Of a stretch of 64,000 nucleotides of DNA, positions 13,396 through 25,700 are shown piece after piece (position 1 is the stretch's first letter; every line of letters starts with the position of its first letter). Both the position numbers and the translations under genes were made by a program. The notes below the pieces were generated by a model. It was not told the DNA's origin and ran no database searches. It worked only from the letters and a program-made list of their open reading frames with translations. Source of the DNA: Nemertoderma westbladi (taxonomy: Eukaryota > Animalia > Xenacoelomorpha); contig JAUCBJ010002187.1 of assembly GCA_032718475.1 (NCBI GenBank), positions 1 to 64,000 of the forward strand, written 5' to 3'.

Positions 13396-14772
13396 GGCGC
13401 TAAACCTATCTGCTACCCGAAGGTAGGGGTGGGCGCTAAATCTATCTGTTACACAAAGGTAATGGTGTGTGCTACTCATATCTGCTACCCGAAGGTAGGG
13501 TTAGCTGCTACTCCTATCTGCTATCCGAAGGTAGGGGTGTGCGCTACTCCTATCTGCTACCCGAAGGTAGAGGTGTGTGCTACTTATATCTGCTACCCGA
13601 AGGTAATGGTTTGTGCTACTCATATCTGCTACCCGAAGGTAAGGGTGTGCGCTACTCCTATCTGCTACCCGAAGGCAGGGGTGTGCGCTACTCCTATCTG
13701 CTACCCGAAGGTAAGGGTGTGCGCTTCTCATATCTGCTACCCGAAGGTATGGGTGGGCGATACTCCTATCTGCTACCCGAAGGTAAGCGTGTGCGCTACT
13801 ATCTGCTACCCGAAGGTAAGGGTGTGCGCTACTCCTATCTGCTACCCGAAGGTAAGGGTGTGCGCTACTCATATCTGCTACCCGAAGGTAGGGGTGGGCG
13901 ATACTCCTATCTGCTACCCGAAGGTAAGGGTGTGCGCTACTATCTGCTCCCCGATTGTAAGGGTGTGCGCTACTCCTATCTGCTACCCGAAGGTAGGGGT
14001 GGGCGATACTCCTATCTGCTACACGAAGGTAAGGGTGTGCGCTACTCCTATCTGCTACCCGAAGGTAAGGGTGTGCGCTACTCATATCTGCTACCCGAAG
14101 GTAGGGGTGGGCGATACTCCTATCTGCTACCTGAAGGTAAGGGTGTGCGCTACTCCTTTCTGCTACCCGAAGGTAAGGGTGTGCGCTACTCATATCTGCT
14201 ACCCGAAGGTAGGGGTGGGCGATACTCCTATCTGCTACACGAAGGTAAGGGTGTGCGCTACTCCTATCTGCTACCCGAAGGTAGGGGTGTGCGCTACTCC
14301 TATCTGCTACCCGAAGGTAAGGGTGTGCGCTACTCCTATCTGCTACCCGAAGGTAAGGGTGTGCGCTACTCATATCTGCTACCCGAAGGTAGGGGTGGAC
14401 GCTACTCCTATCTGCTACACGAAGGTAGGGGTGGGCGCTGCTCCTATCTGCTACCCGAAGGTTAGGGTGTGCGCTACTCCTATCTACTACCCGAAGGTAG
14501 AGGTGTGTGCTACTCCTATCTGCTACCCGAAGGGATGGTTCTAGCCGAAGGTAGGGGTGGGCGCTACTCCTATCTGCTACCCGAAGGTAGGGGTGGGCGC
14601 TACTCCTATCTGCTACCCGAATGTAGGGGTGGGTGCTACTCCTATCTGCTACCCGAAGGGATGGTTCTAGCCGAAGGTAGGGGTGGGCGCTACTCCTATC
14701 TGCTACCCGAAGGTAGGGGTGTGCGCTACTCCTATCTGCTACCCGAATGTAGGGGTGGGCGCTAAACCTATC
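13396..14772 (+). repeat. 36-bp minisatellite (CTCCTATCTGCTACCCGAAGGTAAGGGTGTGCGCTA), ~38 copies
   Basis: Directly visible; 12-aa periodicity in three reading frames; bounded on both sides by GGCGCTAAACCTATC. Confidence 0.95.
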
Positions 14773-15215
14773 CAAAGTTTTGCTTCCAGTAATTCAACTG
14801 GAACTAATTTTTTATCGACCCCAGTGGATGAAAGGCTGCTACCTACCTACTGTATATAATATGCATACAAATAATGTCTTTTTTTGTTTACTAACATAGT
14901 CTCATTTATTAACAAATAATAATAAAAATATAATTTAAAATATTGATTTTGAATCATTGAAAAATAATTGTGGCTTTGTAGTTTGTAGACTATTTATTAA
15001 GATTTATAAAATTTGCGTTGTTTTTAAGCGAACACAAACTAATGTATGTTCGTCAAACACGAAGTATAAGTACTGTATGTTCGTACACAATAATAACATT
15101 GAATGGAGGGGGGGGGGGGGGAGGGGGGGAATTAATAGGAAATACATTATTATAAAATATATAACTTTATTTACGCATGGAAGAATTATTAATGCATATT
15201 ATTAGAACTATCATC

Positions 15216-15516
15216 TTAATTAATCTGATACGGAGGCGAATGTTGTCGAGTTGGCGTCTGCGTTGCCTCGGATACTCTATTATATCCATTGACCATTTTA
15301 GATGCGGATACGTCGTAGGAGTCCTTAGGGGGCAGGTCGTCCTCTCGAAGTCTCCACGACTGGTACATTGGACTGCCTAGCAACTGTCTACGATGTCCGT
15401 AGAATCTACCGCCCTGGTCTGGGGCCCCGTGACCTGGTCGACCCCAGTAATGGTTACCCATCGTCCACACGTGGCGTTTGTCCCACTCGCGACTCCATCG
15501 CCGCTCTAAGAGACGC
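15216..15516 (-). CDS. Last exon of gene with repeated GKPGxGAP motifs (CSPP1-motif-like; probably ciliary/centrosomal)
   Basis: Acceptor TTTTGTATTAAAG| at 15517 is in phase 2 with the upstream donor. Reads RRLLERRWSREWDKRHVWTMGNHYWGRPGHGAP... to the stop at 15216. Confidence 0.75.
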
Positions 15517-15792
15517 CTTTAATACAAAATATTAGATAAATATTAGATATACACAGTCACGCGTGGAGGCCGATCCTACATGACTGCGGACTAAACGGAA
15601 AAGTATGCCAAAATATGAATGGAATTTGATATGTAAAATCGAAAATCATATGCGACCACAAGCTAAATTACAGGCATGATGCTATGGCTCTCAAACATTT
15701 TATAATGCACGAGTCCCCCAGACAATATAGAAGAATAATCAATTATAATTATTGTATGTCGTAAGTTAGTCAATTAAAAATACTTCAGGGGC

Positions 15793-15987
15793 GGGTGTAA
15801 ACGCTACTGCCGACAACAGCAAATCTGAAAATGTAACAGAGTCTGAGTTCGTGACTCGTTTATTGTTTTGGTTAGAATAACCTTCCACTGGAACCTGATC
15901 CTTTCCCTCAATTAATAAATAACATTAATTAGCTTTAATAATGGTTGTCGGCGTTGGTTGTCGGTTGTTGGCGTAGCGTTTACACCC
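15793..15987. mobile_element. MITE (~195 bp) in intron
   Basis: 15-bp TIR GGGTGTAAACGCTAC ... GTAGCGTTTACACCC, flanked by near-identical direct repeats TCAGGGGC / CCAGGGGC. Confidence 0.7.
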
Positions 15988-16193
15988 CCAGGGGCGTCCT
16001 ATTTTTAAAAAAAGATTCGCGATGTACCCATTTGGCAAAACGAAAGCAGTAGTAAGGGCTGCTGAAATGAGAGATCTGTAAATGGCCATTTGCTTATAAT
16101 TTTTCTCGGGATGGAACCTACTAATATTATTATTATTATTACTACAGTTCGAACTTATGAAATTGACAAGGTTTTGGACTCCGACTTATTTAC

Positions 16194-17791
16194 CTGTTAT
16201 TTCTCTGGTCGGCTTCGTTCTGTAACTCGTTATAGTATTCCCTGGTATCCTCCCCGGCTGGTCTGTTAATATTCAACTTCCATCGACTCACGTCCGACGA
16301 ACCCCGAGGCGATGCCTGGAGATCCCCCGTGATGGGATTGTAGCGCGTCGGGTAGCCAACCTGACCTCGTCGCATCCACGTCGCTAAGTCGTCGTCAGCC
16401 GGCTGCCGCACGTAGTTCTCAACGAGCGCACGTCGACTCGACTGTTGACTCATTCCCTCCTTCAGCTCGTCCAGGTATCTCCGACGTCTGTGAGTTTTAT
16501 CGGCGGCCATGACGTTGAAGTTATCTTTGTACCACTTGCCGCTGATGTCGGTGAGAAGGTTCCCCTCAGGGTCAACTAAAGGCGCACCTGCTCCAGGCTT
16601 ACCGAAAGGGTCGTAGTTGTAAATATCATTCCCCTTTGTATCTTTTTTAGGATGTGCCGCTAAATCAGTTCGATTGGGATTAGATGAACTTACTTCAGTA
16701 TGATGTTCCGGTTGATAGTGTTGGTTCCTTTCCACGGACTTTGCGTTATAGTTATCTGGAATATCTGGTTGTGGAGGTTCTTTTTTTCGGGAAGAAATGT
16801 CTGCATCGTGTTCCTTCGGATAGTTATTAGGAATGATGTTAACTGTAGAATAATCAAGGTCTGATCCTGATTGTTTGTAGTTTCCGAGTTGCATGTTATA
16901 ATTCCCCACATTTTGTGGAATACCTACGGGTGCTCTTTGTCTTGGTTCTTCCACCTGTCGATTCGATTGTTTTGCTATTGACTTGTCACTGTCTCTCTGC
17001 CAATAGGGCGGCATTTCAAATTGTTGACCCCCGGACAACTGCGTATCGGCCAACGCATTGTGAGTGTGTTGGTAGGTGGTCAAGTAACGCGGAGATTTAG
17101 ACGGGTCCATTTCCTTTTCCGTCTTATTGTGAGAGGAGAAGTAGCGCATACTACTGTAGGGTAAAGGTTGGGGGTCCGGTATGTTTTGAGTTTGCCGTAT
17201 CCGATTCCTATAGTTTTGCCTATCTTCTATTTGTCGGATCTCCCACGGATTGTTACTCAGCGTCAACGGCAGATCTTCACGATCTATCCCTTGGTAAATA
17301 TTGCGATCCAGCGGTTTATTCGGCGCCCCACCCCCGGGCTTCCCAAACGGGTCGTACTGACCCAGATCCCTAAGTAACTGCTTCTCTAGACGTTTCTCTT
17401 CGAGGTTTTGTCGTTTTTTGTCTTCGACCATAATGTTGAGCTCGGTTACATAGTCCCTCGCCTGTTCTGCCCCTCTTTCGTATCTTACAAGGTTATCGAT
17501 GTCTTTATTGCCTTGTTTATTCGCGAAATGTATTGCCGGGTCGGATTTGATTGTGGCCGGCACCTCGTTGTTTGGTCCGCGTCTTTGCAACGGAGCCCCA
17601 CCGCCATAGGTCCCGAAGCTGGGGTAATACGGCGTATTGTAGTCGGTATATCTGTCTGACTTCGTGTGAATGTTGTTGATTTGATCGGTTCTTCCGTGCC
17701 TCTCCGAGAACTGTTCTCTCGGTGCTCCTGCCCCAGGTTTTCCCCACGGATATCCTTCGAGATTTCTAAGCGGAGTGACATCTGGAGGATT
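16194..17791 (-). CDS. Large internal exon of the GKPGxGAP-repeat gene
   Basis: Acceptor TTTTGTTTTCAG| at 17792, open frame continuous with ORF 16190-17590, donor AG|GTAAAT at 16193. Contains YPWGKPGAGAP, PSFGTYGGGAP, YDPFGKPGGGAP and YDPFGKPGAGAP, several of them preceded by charged helical/coiled-coil segments. Confidence 0.8.
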
Positions 17792-18030
17792 CTGAAAACA
17801 AAATGAACGCTCCGTCTAGATTTTAAAATACTTCCAACTCTTAATACACACGGATGGACTTTTGTTAAAACTTATGTTCTTAAAGTCTCAACATTTAAAT
17901 GTACTTGCCCTTTAATTTGCTCTTAATCGAATCCGGGTCTACTAATACGTGGTAGGATACACAGTGAGACAGTACTTGTTAGTGGTAGTTTACTATTTCC
18001 ATCCCCAAATTAAATCATTTAGTAATAACT

Positions 18031-19110
18031 ATTTATTCCAAAATTGTAACATTACTCAACGCCGTTAGTATTAACAGCGAGTTGTTATTTAGCACTTTAC
18101 AACCTTAGAGGACATTACAGCATTGTATTGTATTGGCCCGTATTGTATTTGGTGTTATTGTTTACGTGGTAACCCATGACGGCGTTAAGTAATGTCCACT
18201 AAGGGGACATTACTTAACGCCGTCATTGGATACCACGTCAAAAATAGGTGGAAATTTGCCTGACAGCCAGATAGGCCTACTGCATTATCTACCGTTAGGC
18301 AGGGTATAGCTATTAATAATTGTAGGGCCTAGCTAAATTATTATGTCATGGCTCCAAACGCCACCATAAATATAAGCTAACTTATTTATAACATAATTAA
18401 TGTAATTTTTACATTTATTTATACAGCAACTAATATAATTTGTGCAGTTTCTATCACTTATAATGTATATGCACAATAATTTCGTAATGTTAAAATTTTG
18501 GAATAAAACTACATACATACTTGTTGCAAAGTACTTTTTTACAGTGTTCTGATCCTCGTGGCTTTATTTTCACTCACTCACTAACGTTTGTTCGTGTAAC
18601 AAAGCCACTCGGATCATCACACTGTAAAGTGCTACTTTACTTACACACAAGTATGTAAATAGTTACAGTATTACAGTGTTCTGATCCTCGTGGCTATATT
18701 TTCAATATATAATATTATTATATTATAAGTAAGAAACTGTACAAATTAAATTAGTTGCTGTATAAATAAATGTAAAAATGACATAAATTATGTTATAAAA
18801 AAGTTAGCTTATATTTATGGTGGCGTTTGGAGCCATGTTAATAGTTTATAGCTACTGGTTATTAATAGCTACCGGTAGGGAATGCAGTAGGCCTATCTGG
18901 CTTTCAGGCAATTAATAATATGTGGTAACCATGACGGCGTGACTTTACAGTCACGCCGTCGGGACATTACATAATAATAATAATACCAATACAATACTAA
19001 TTGTACAGGCCAATACAATACTGTAATACCCTCTAAAGTTGTAATGTGCTAAATCACAACTCGCTGTTAATAGTAACGGCATTGAGTAATGTTACTATTT
19101 TGGAATAAAT
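18031..19110. mobile_element. Foldback/MITE-like palindromic element (~1.1 kb) in intron
   Basis: 18031-18470 matches 18735-19110 in reverse complement (ATTTATTCCAAAATTGTAACATTACTCAA vs TTGAGTAATGTTACTATTTTGGAATAAAT). Contains a central hairpin at 18517-18656 and a nested hairpin at 18164-18238. Confidence 0.75.
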
Positions 19111-19367
19111 AATTTTTTAGTTGATAGAGATAAACCTTGTGATCAGTGAGCGCATGCTATACACAAGGTGATTGTAAACGTTACATCGACAAAGCGTAAT
19201 CTCTGCCGACAAACGTTAACAACATTAACTAACAATTAAATGAAAGTAACATACCCTAGTCCGTAAGGAAAGGAACGACCCTAATCGAGACAATACAGCG
19301 CGGAAAGTTATCAGATAATCTCAAGAAGGATTACTCAATATGAACAATATTAAATATAATTAACTAC

Positions 19368-19586
19368 CTGTATATCCGCAGCTGTGCTATGAGTTTGCTG
19401 TTTGTCATCCTTATACTTTTCGATATAATTCTCTAAGTTAGTTTTGCTACCATCATTTTGCACAGCGCCGTTTTCTCGCTGAGGTTGTTGCCCAGTCTCA
19501 TTACCGCCCTGTGGTGTTATTTCTTCTGAAGGATTCTTCCCCCCATAAGGGCCATTCTGATCTGTTCCGATATGGGACTGGGGAAC
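19368..19586 (-). CDS. Internal exon (219 bp, phase 0-0) of the GKPGxGAP-repeat gene
   Basis: Acceptor TCTTTCGCAG|, donor CAG|GTAGTT, 73 open codons (VPQSHIGTDQNGPYGGKNPSEE...STAADIQ). Joins in frame to the 17791 exon. Confidence 0.7.
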
Positions 19587-19769
19587 CTGCGAAAGACGAG
19601 TTGAAAAATTTAATTAATTCATAGCCGGTGGACCATAGAGGCGGGATGCATTAACATTTAGCGTTAGCGTACTACAGTAGTATCATATAAGTATTTTATA
19701 TTTCTAGTTAATACAAATTTTATGTGAATGAATAGGTCTATCTTTTCGGTATACGTATTACAACTGTAT

Positions 19770-22700
19770 TATTGGTGGCTAAACGTGTTAATAATGTATT
19801 ATTGGTGTTGGCTGAGCGTATTAATAATAAATTATTGGTGTTGGTTGAACGAATTAATAATGAATTATTGGTGTTGGCTGAACGAATTAATAATGTATTA
19901 TTGGTGTTGGCTGAAAATAATAATGTATTATTGGTGTTGGCTGAGCGTATCAATAATGAATTATTGGTGTTGTTTGAAAGTATTAATAATGTATTATTGG
20001 TGTTGGCTGAAAATAATAATGTATTATTGGTGTTGGCTGAACGAATTAATAATGAATTATTGGTGTTGGCTGAACGAATTAATAATGTATTATTGGTGTT
20101 GGCTGAACGTATTAATAATGAATTATTGGTGTTGGTTGAAAGTATTAATAATGTATTATTGGTGTTGGTTGAAAGTATTAATAATGTATTATTGGTGTTG
20201 GCTGAAAATAATAATGTATTATTGGTGTTGGCTGAGCGTATTAATGATGAATTATTGGTGTTGGTTGAAAGTATTAATAATGTATTGTTGGTGTTGGCTG
20301 AAAATAATAATGTATTATTGGTGTTGGTTGAAAGTATTAATAATGTATTATTGGTGTTGGTTGAAAGTAATAATGTATTATTGGTGTTGGTTGAAAGTAT
20401 TAATAATGTATTATTGGTGTTGGCTGAACGTATTAATAATGAATTATTGGTGTTGGTTGAAAGTATTAATAATGAATTATTGGTGTTGGCTGAACGAATT
20501 AATAATGTATTATTGGTGTTGGCTGAGCGTATTAATAATGAATTATTGGTGTTGGTTGAAAGTATTAATAATGTATTATTGGTGTTGGCTGAGCGTATTA
20601 ATAATGTATTATTGGTGTTGGCTGAATGTATTAATAATGAATTATTGGTGTTGGCTGAAAGTAATAATGTATTATTGGTGTTGGTTGAAAGTATTAATAA
20701 TGTATTATTGGTGTTGGCTGAACGTATTAATAATGAATTATTGGTGTTGGTTGAAAGTATTAATAATGTATTATTGGTGTTGGCTGAACGTATTAATAAT
20801 GTATTATTGGTGTTGGCTGAAAATAATAATGTATTATTGGTGTTGGCTGAGCGTATTAATAATGAATTATTGGTGTTGGCTGAGCGTATTAATAATGAAT
20901 TATTGGTGTTGGTTGAAAGTATTAATAATGTATTATTGGTGTTGGCTGAAAATAATAATGTATTATTGGTGTTGGTTGAAAGTATTAATAATGTATTATT
21001 GGTGTTGGCTGAACGTATTAATAATGAATTATTGGTGTTGGTTGAAAGTATTAATAATGTATTATTGGTGTTGGCTGAAAGTATTAATAATGTATTATTG
21101 GTGTTGGCTGAGCGTATTAATAATGTATTATTGGTGTTGGCTGAATGTATTAATAATGAATTATTGGTGTTGGCTGAAAGTAATAATGTATTATTGGTGT
21201 TGGTTGAAAGTATTAATAATGTATTATTGGTGTTGGCTGAACGTATTAATAATGAATTATTGGTGTTGGTTGAAAGTATTAATAATGTATTATTGGTGTT
21301 GGCTGAAAGTATTAATAATGTATTATTGGTGTTGGCTGAGCGTATTAATAATGAATTATTGGTGTTGGCTGAGCGTATTAATAATGAATTATTGGTGTTG
21401 GCTGAACGTATTAATAATGAATTATTGGTGTTGGTTGAAAGTATTAATAATGTATTGTTGGTGTTGGCTGAAAATAATAATGTATTATTGGTGTTGGCTG
21501 AACGTATTAATAATGAATTATTGGTGTTGGCTTAACGAATTAATAATGTATTATTGGTGTTGGCTGAGCGTATTAATAATGAATTATTGGTGTTGGTTGA
21601 AAGTATTAATAATGTATTATTGGTGTTGGCTGAGCGTATTAATAATGTATTATTGGTGTTGGCTGAACGTATTAATAATGAATTATTGGTGTTGGCTGAA
21701 AGTAATAATGTATTATTGGTGTTGGTTGAAAGTATTAATAATGTATTATTGGTGTTGGCTGAGCGTATTAATAATGTATTATTGGTGTTGGTTGAAAGTA
21801 TTAATAATGTATTATTGGTGTTGGCTGAGCGTATTAATAATGTATTATTGGTGTTGGCTGAACGTATTAATAATGAATTATTGGTGTTGGTTGAAAGTAT
21901 TAATAATGTATTATTGGTGTTGGTTGAAAGTATTAATAATGAATTATTGGTGTTGGCTGAGCGTATTAATAATGAATTATTGGTGTTGGCTGAAAGTAAT
22001 AATGAATTATTGGTGTTGGCTGAAAGTAATAATGTATTATTGGTGTTGGCTGTACGTGTTAATGCTGTATTTGGTGTTGGCTGAACACCAATCAAATAAT
22101 GTATTAATAATGTATCATTGGTACTGTCTGAACGTGTTAATAATGTATTATTGGTGTTGGCAGAAAGTATTAATAATGTATTATTGGTGTTGGCTGAGCG
22201 TATTAATAATGTATTATTGGTGTTGGCTGAACGTATTAATAATGAATTATTGGTGTTGGTTGAAAGTATTAATAATGTATTATTGGTGTTGGCTGAAAGT
22301 AATAATGTATTATTGGTGTTGGTTGAAAGTATTAATAATGTATTATTGGTGTTGGCTGAGCGTATTAATAATGAATTATTGGTGTTGTTTGAAAGTATTA
22401 ATAATGAATTATTGGTGTTGGCTGAAAGTAATAATGAATTATTGGTGTTGGTTGAAAGTATTAATAATGTATTATTGGTGTTGGTTGAAAGTATTAATAA
22501 TGTATTATTGGTGTTGGTTGAAAGTATTAATAATGTATTATTGGTGTTGGCTGAGCGTATTAATAATGTATTATTGGTGTTGGCTGAACGTATTAATAAT
22601 GAATTATTGGTGTTGGTTGAAAGTATTAATAATGTATTATTGGTGTTGGTTGAAAGTATTAATAATGAATTATTGGTGTTGGCTGAGCGTATTAATAATG

Positions 22701-25700
22701 AATTATTGGTGTTGGTTGAAAGTATTAATAATGCATTATTGGTGTTGGCTGAGCGTATTAATAATGAATTATTCGTGTGTTGATTGAAAGTATTAATAAT
22801 GTATTATTGGTGTTGGTTGAAAGTATTAATAATGAATTATTGGTGTTGGCTGAGCGTATTAATAATGAATTATTGGTGTTGGTTGAAAGTATTAATAATG
22901 TATTATTGGTGTTGGCTGAACGTATTAATAATGAATTATTGGTGTTGGTTGAAAGTATTAATAATGTATTATTGGTGTTGGCTGAGCGTATTAATAATGA
23001 ATTATTGGTGTTGGTTGAAAGTATTAATAATGTATTATTGGTGTTGGCTGAGCGTATTAATAATGAATTATTGGTGTTGGTTGAAAGTATTAATAATGTA
23101 TTATTGGTGTTGGCTGAAAGTAATAATGTATTATTGGTGTTGGCTGAAAGTAATAATGTATTATTGGTGTTGGCTGTACGTGTTAATACTGTATTTGGTG
23201 TTGGCTGAACACCAATCAAATAATGTATTAATAATGTATCATTGGTACTGTCTGAACGTGTTAATAATGTATTATTGGTGTTGGCTGATAGTAATAATGA
23301 ATTATTGGTGTTGGCTGAAAGTATTAATAATGTATTATTGGTGTTGGCTGAAAGTAATAATGTATTATTGGTGTTGGCTGAGCGTATCAATAATGAATTA
23401 TTGGTGTTGTTTGAAAGTATTAATAATGTATTATTGGTGTTGGTTGAAAGTATTAATAATGAATTATTGGTGTTGGCTGAGCGTATTAATAATGAATTAT
23501 TGGTGTTGGCTGAAAGTAATAATGAATTATTGGTGTTGGCTGAAAGTAATAATGTATTATTGGTGTTGGCTGTACGTGTTAATACTGTATTTGGTGTTGG
23601 CTGAACACCAATCAAATAATGTATTAATAATGTATCATTGGTACTGTCTGAACGTGTTAATAATGTATTATTGGTGTTGGCTGATAGTAATAATGAATTA
23701 TTGGTGTTGGCTGAAAGTATTAATAATGTATTATTGGTGTTGGCTGAAAGTAATAATGTATTATTGGTGTTGGCTGAGCGTATCAATAATGAATTATTGG
23801 TGTTGTTTGAAAGTATTAATAATGAATTATTGGTGTTGGCTGAAAGTAATAATGAATTATTGGTGTTGGCTGAAAGTAATAATGTATTATTGGTGTTGGC
23901 TGTACGTGTTAATACTGTATTTGGTGTTGGCTGAACACCAATCAAATAATGTATTAATAATGTATCATTGGTACTGTCTGAACGTGTTAATAATGTATTA
24001 TTGGTGTTGGCTGATAGTAATAATGAATTATTGGTGTTGGCTGAAAGTATTAATAATGTATTATTGGTGTTGGCTGAAAGTAATAATGTATTATTGGTGT
24101 TGGCTGAGCGTATCAATAATGAATTATTGGTGTTGTTTGAAAGTATTAATAATGAATTATTGGTGTTGGCTGAAAGTAATAATGAATTATTGGTGTTGGC
24201 TGAAAGTAATAATGTATTATTGGTGTTGGCTGTACGTGTTAATACTGTATTTGGTGTTGGCTGAACACCAATCAAATAATGTATTAATAATGTATCATTG
24301 GTACTGTCTGAACGTGTTAATAATGTATTATTGGTGTTGGCTGATAGTAATAATGAATTATTGGTGTTGGCTGAAAGTATTAATAATGTATTATTGGTGT
24401 TGGCTGAAAGTAATAATGTATTATTGGTGTTGGCTGAGCGTATCAATAATGAATTATTGGTGTTGTTTGAAAGTATTAATAATGAATTATTGGTGTTGGC
24501 TGAAAGTAATAATGAATTATTGGTGTTGGCTGAAAGTAATAATGTATTATTGGTGTTGGCTGTACGTGTTAATACTGTATTTGGTGTTGGCTGAACACCA
24601 ATCAAATAATGTATTAATAATGTATCATTGGTACTGTCTGAACGTGTTAATAATGTATTATTGGTGTTGGCTGATAGTAATAATGAATTATTGGTGTTGG
24701 CTGAAAGTATTAATAATGTATTATTGGTGTTGGCTGAGCGTATCAATAATGAATTATTGGTGTTGTTTGAAAGTATTAATAATGAATTATTGGTGTTGGC
24801 TGAAAGTAATAATGAATTATTGGTGTTGGCTGAAAGTATTAATAATGTATTATTGGTGTTGGCTGAAAGTAATAATGTATTATTGGTGTTGGCTGAGCGT
24901 ATCAATAATGAATTATTGGTGTTGTTTGAAAGTATTAATAATGAATTATTGGTGTTGGCTGATAGTAATAATGAATTATTGGTGTTGGCTGAAAGTATTA
25001 ATAATGTATTATTGGTGTTGGCTGAAAGTAATAATGTATTATTGGTGTTGGCTGAGCGTATCAATAATGAATTATTGGTGTTGTTTGAAAGTATTAATAA
25101 TGAATTATTGGTGTTGGCTGAAAGTAATAATGAATTATTGGTGTTGGCTGAAAGTAATAATGTATTATTGGTGTTGGCTGTACGTGTTAATACTGTATTT
25201 GGTGTTGGCTGAACACCAATCAAATAATGTATTAATAATGTATCATTGGTACTGTCTGAACGTGTTAATAATGTATTATTGGTGTTGGCTGATAGTAATA
25301 ATGAATTATTGGTGTTGGCTGAAAGTATTAATAATGTATTATTGGTGTTGGCTGAAAGTAATAATGTATTATTGGTGTTGGCTGAGCGTATCAATAATGA
25401 ATTATTGGTGTTGTTTGAAAGTATTAATAATGTATTATTGGTGTTGGTTGAAAGTATTAATAATGAATTATTGGTGTTGGCTGAGCGTATTAATAATGAA
25501 TTATTGGTGTTGGCTGAAAGTAATAATGAATTATTGGTGTTGGCTGAAAGTAATAATGTATTATTGGTGTTGGCTGTACGTGTTAATACTGTATTTGGTG
25601 TTGGCTGAACACCAATCAAATAATGTATTAATAATGTATCATTGGTACTGTCTGAACGTGTTAATAATGTATTATTGGTGTTGGCAGAAAGTATTAATAA

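Noticed and set aside
11548-14775. PQYPFNPSIRST and ATPICYPKVRVC / RYSYLLPEG repeat ORFs
   Set aside because: 17-bp and 36-bp minisatellites open in several frames, with no evidence favouring any one as coding.
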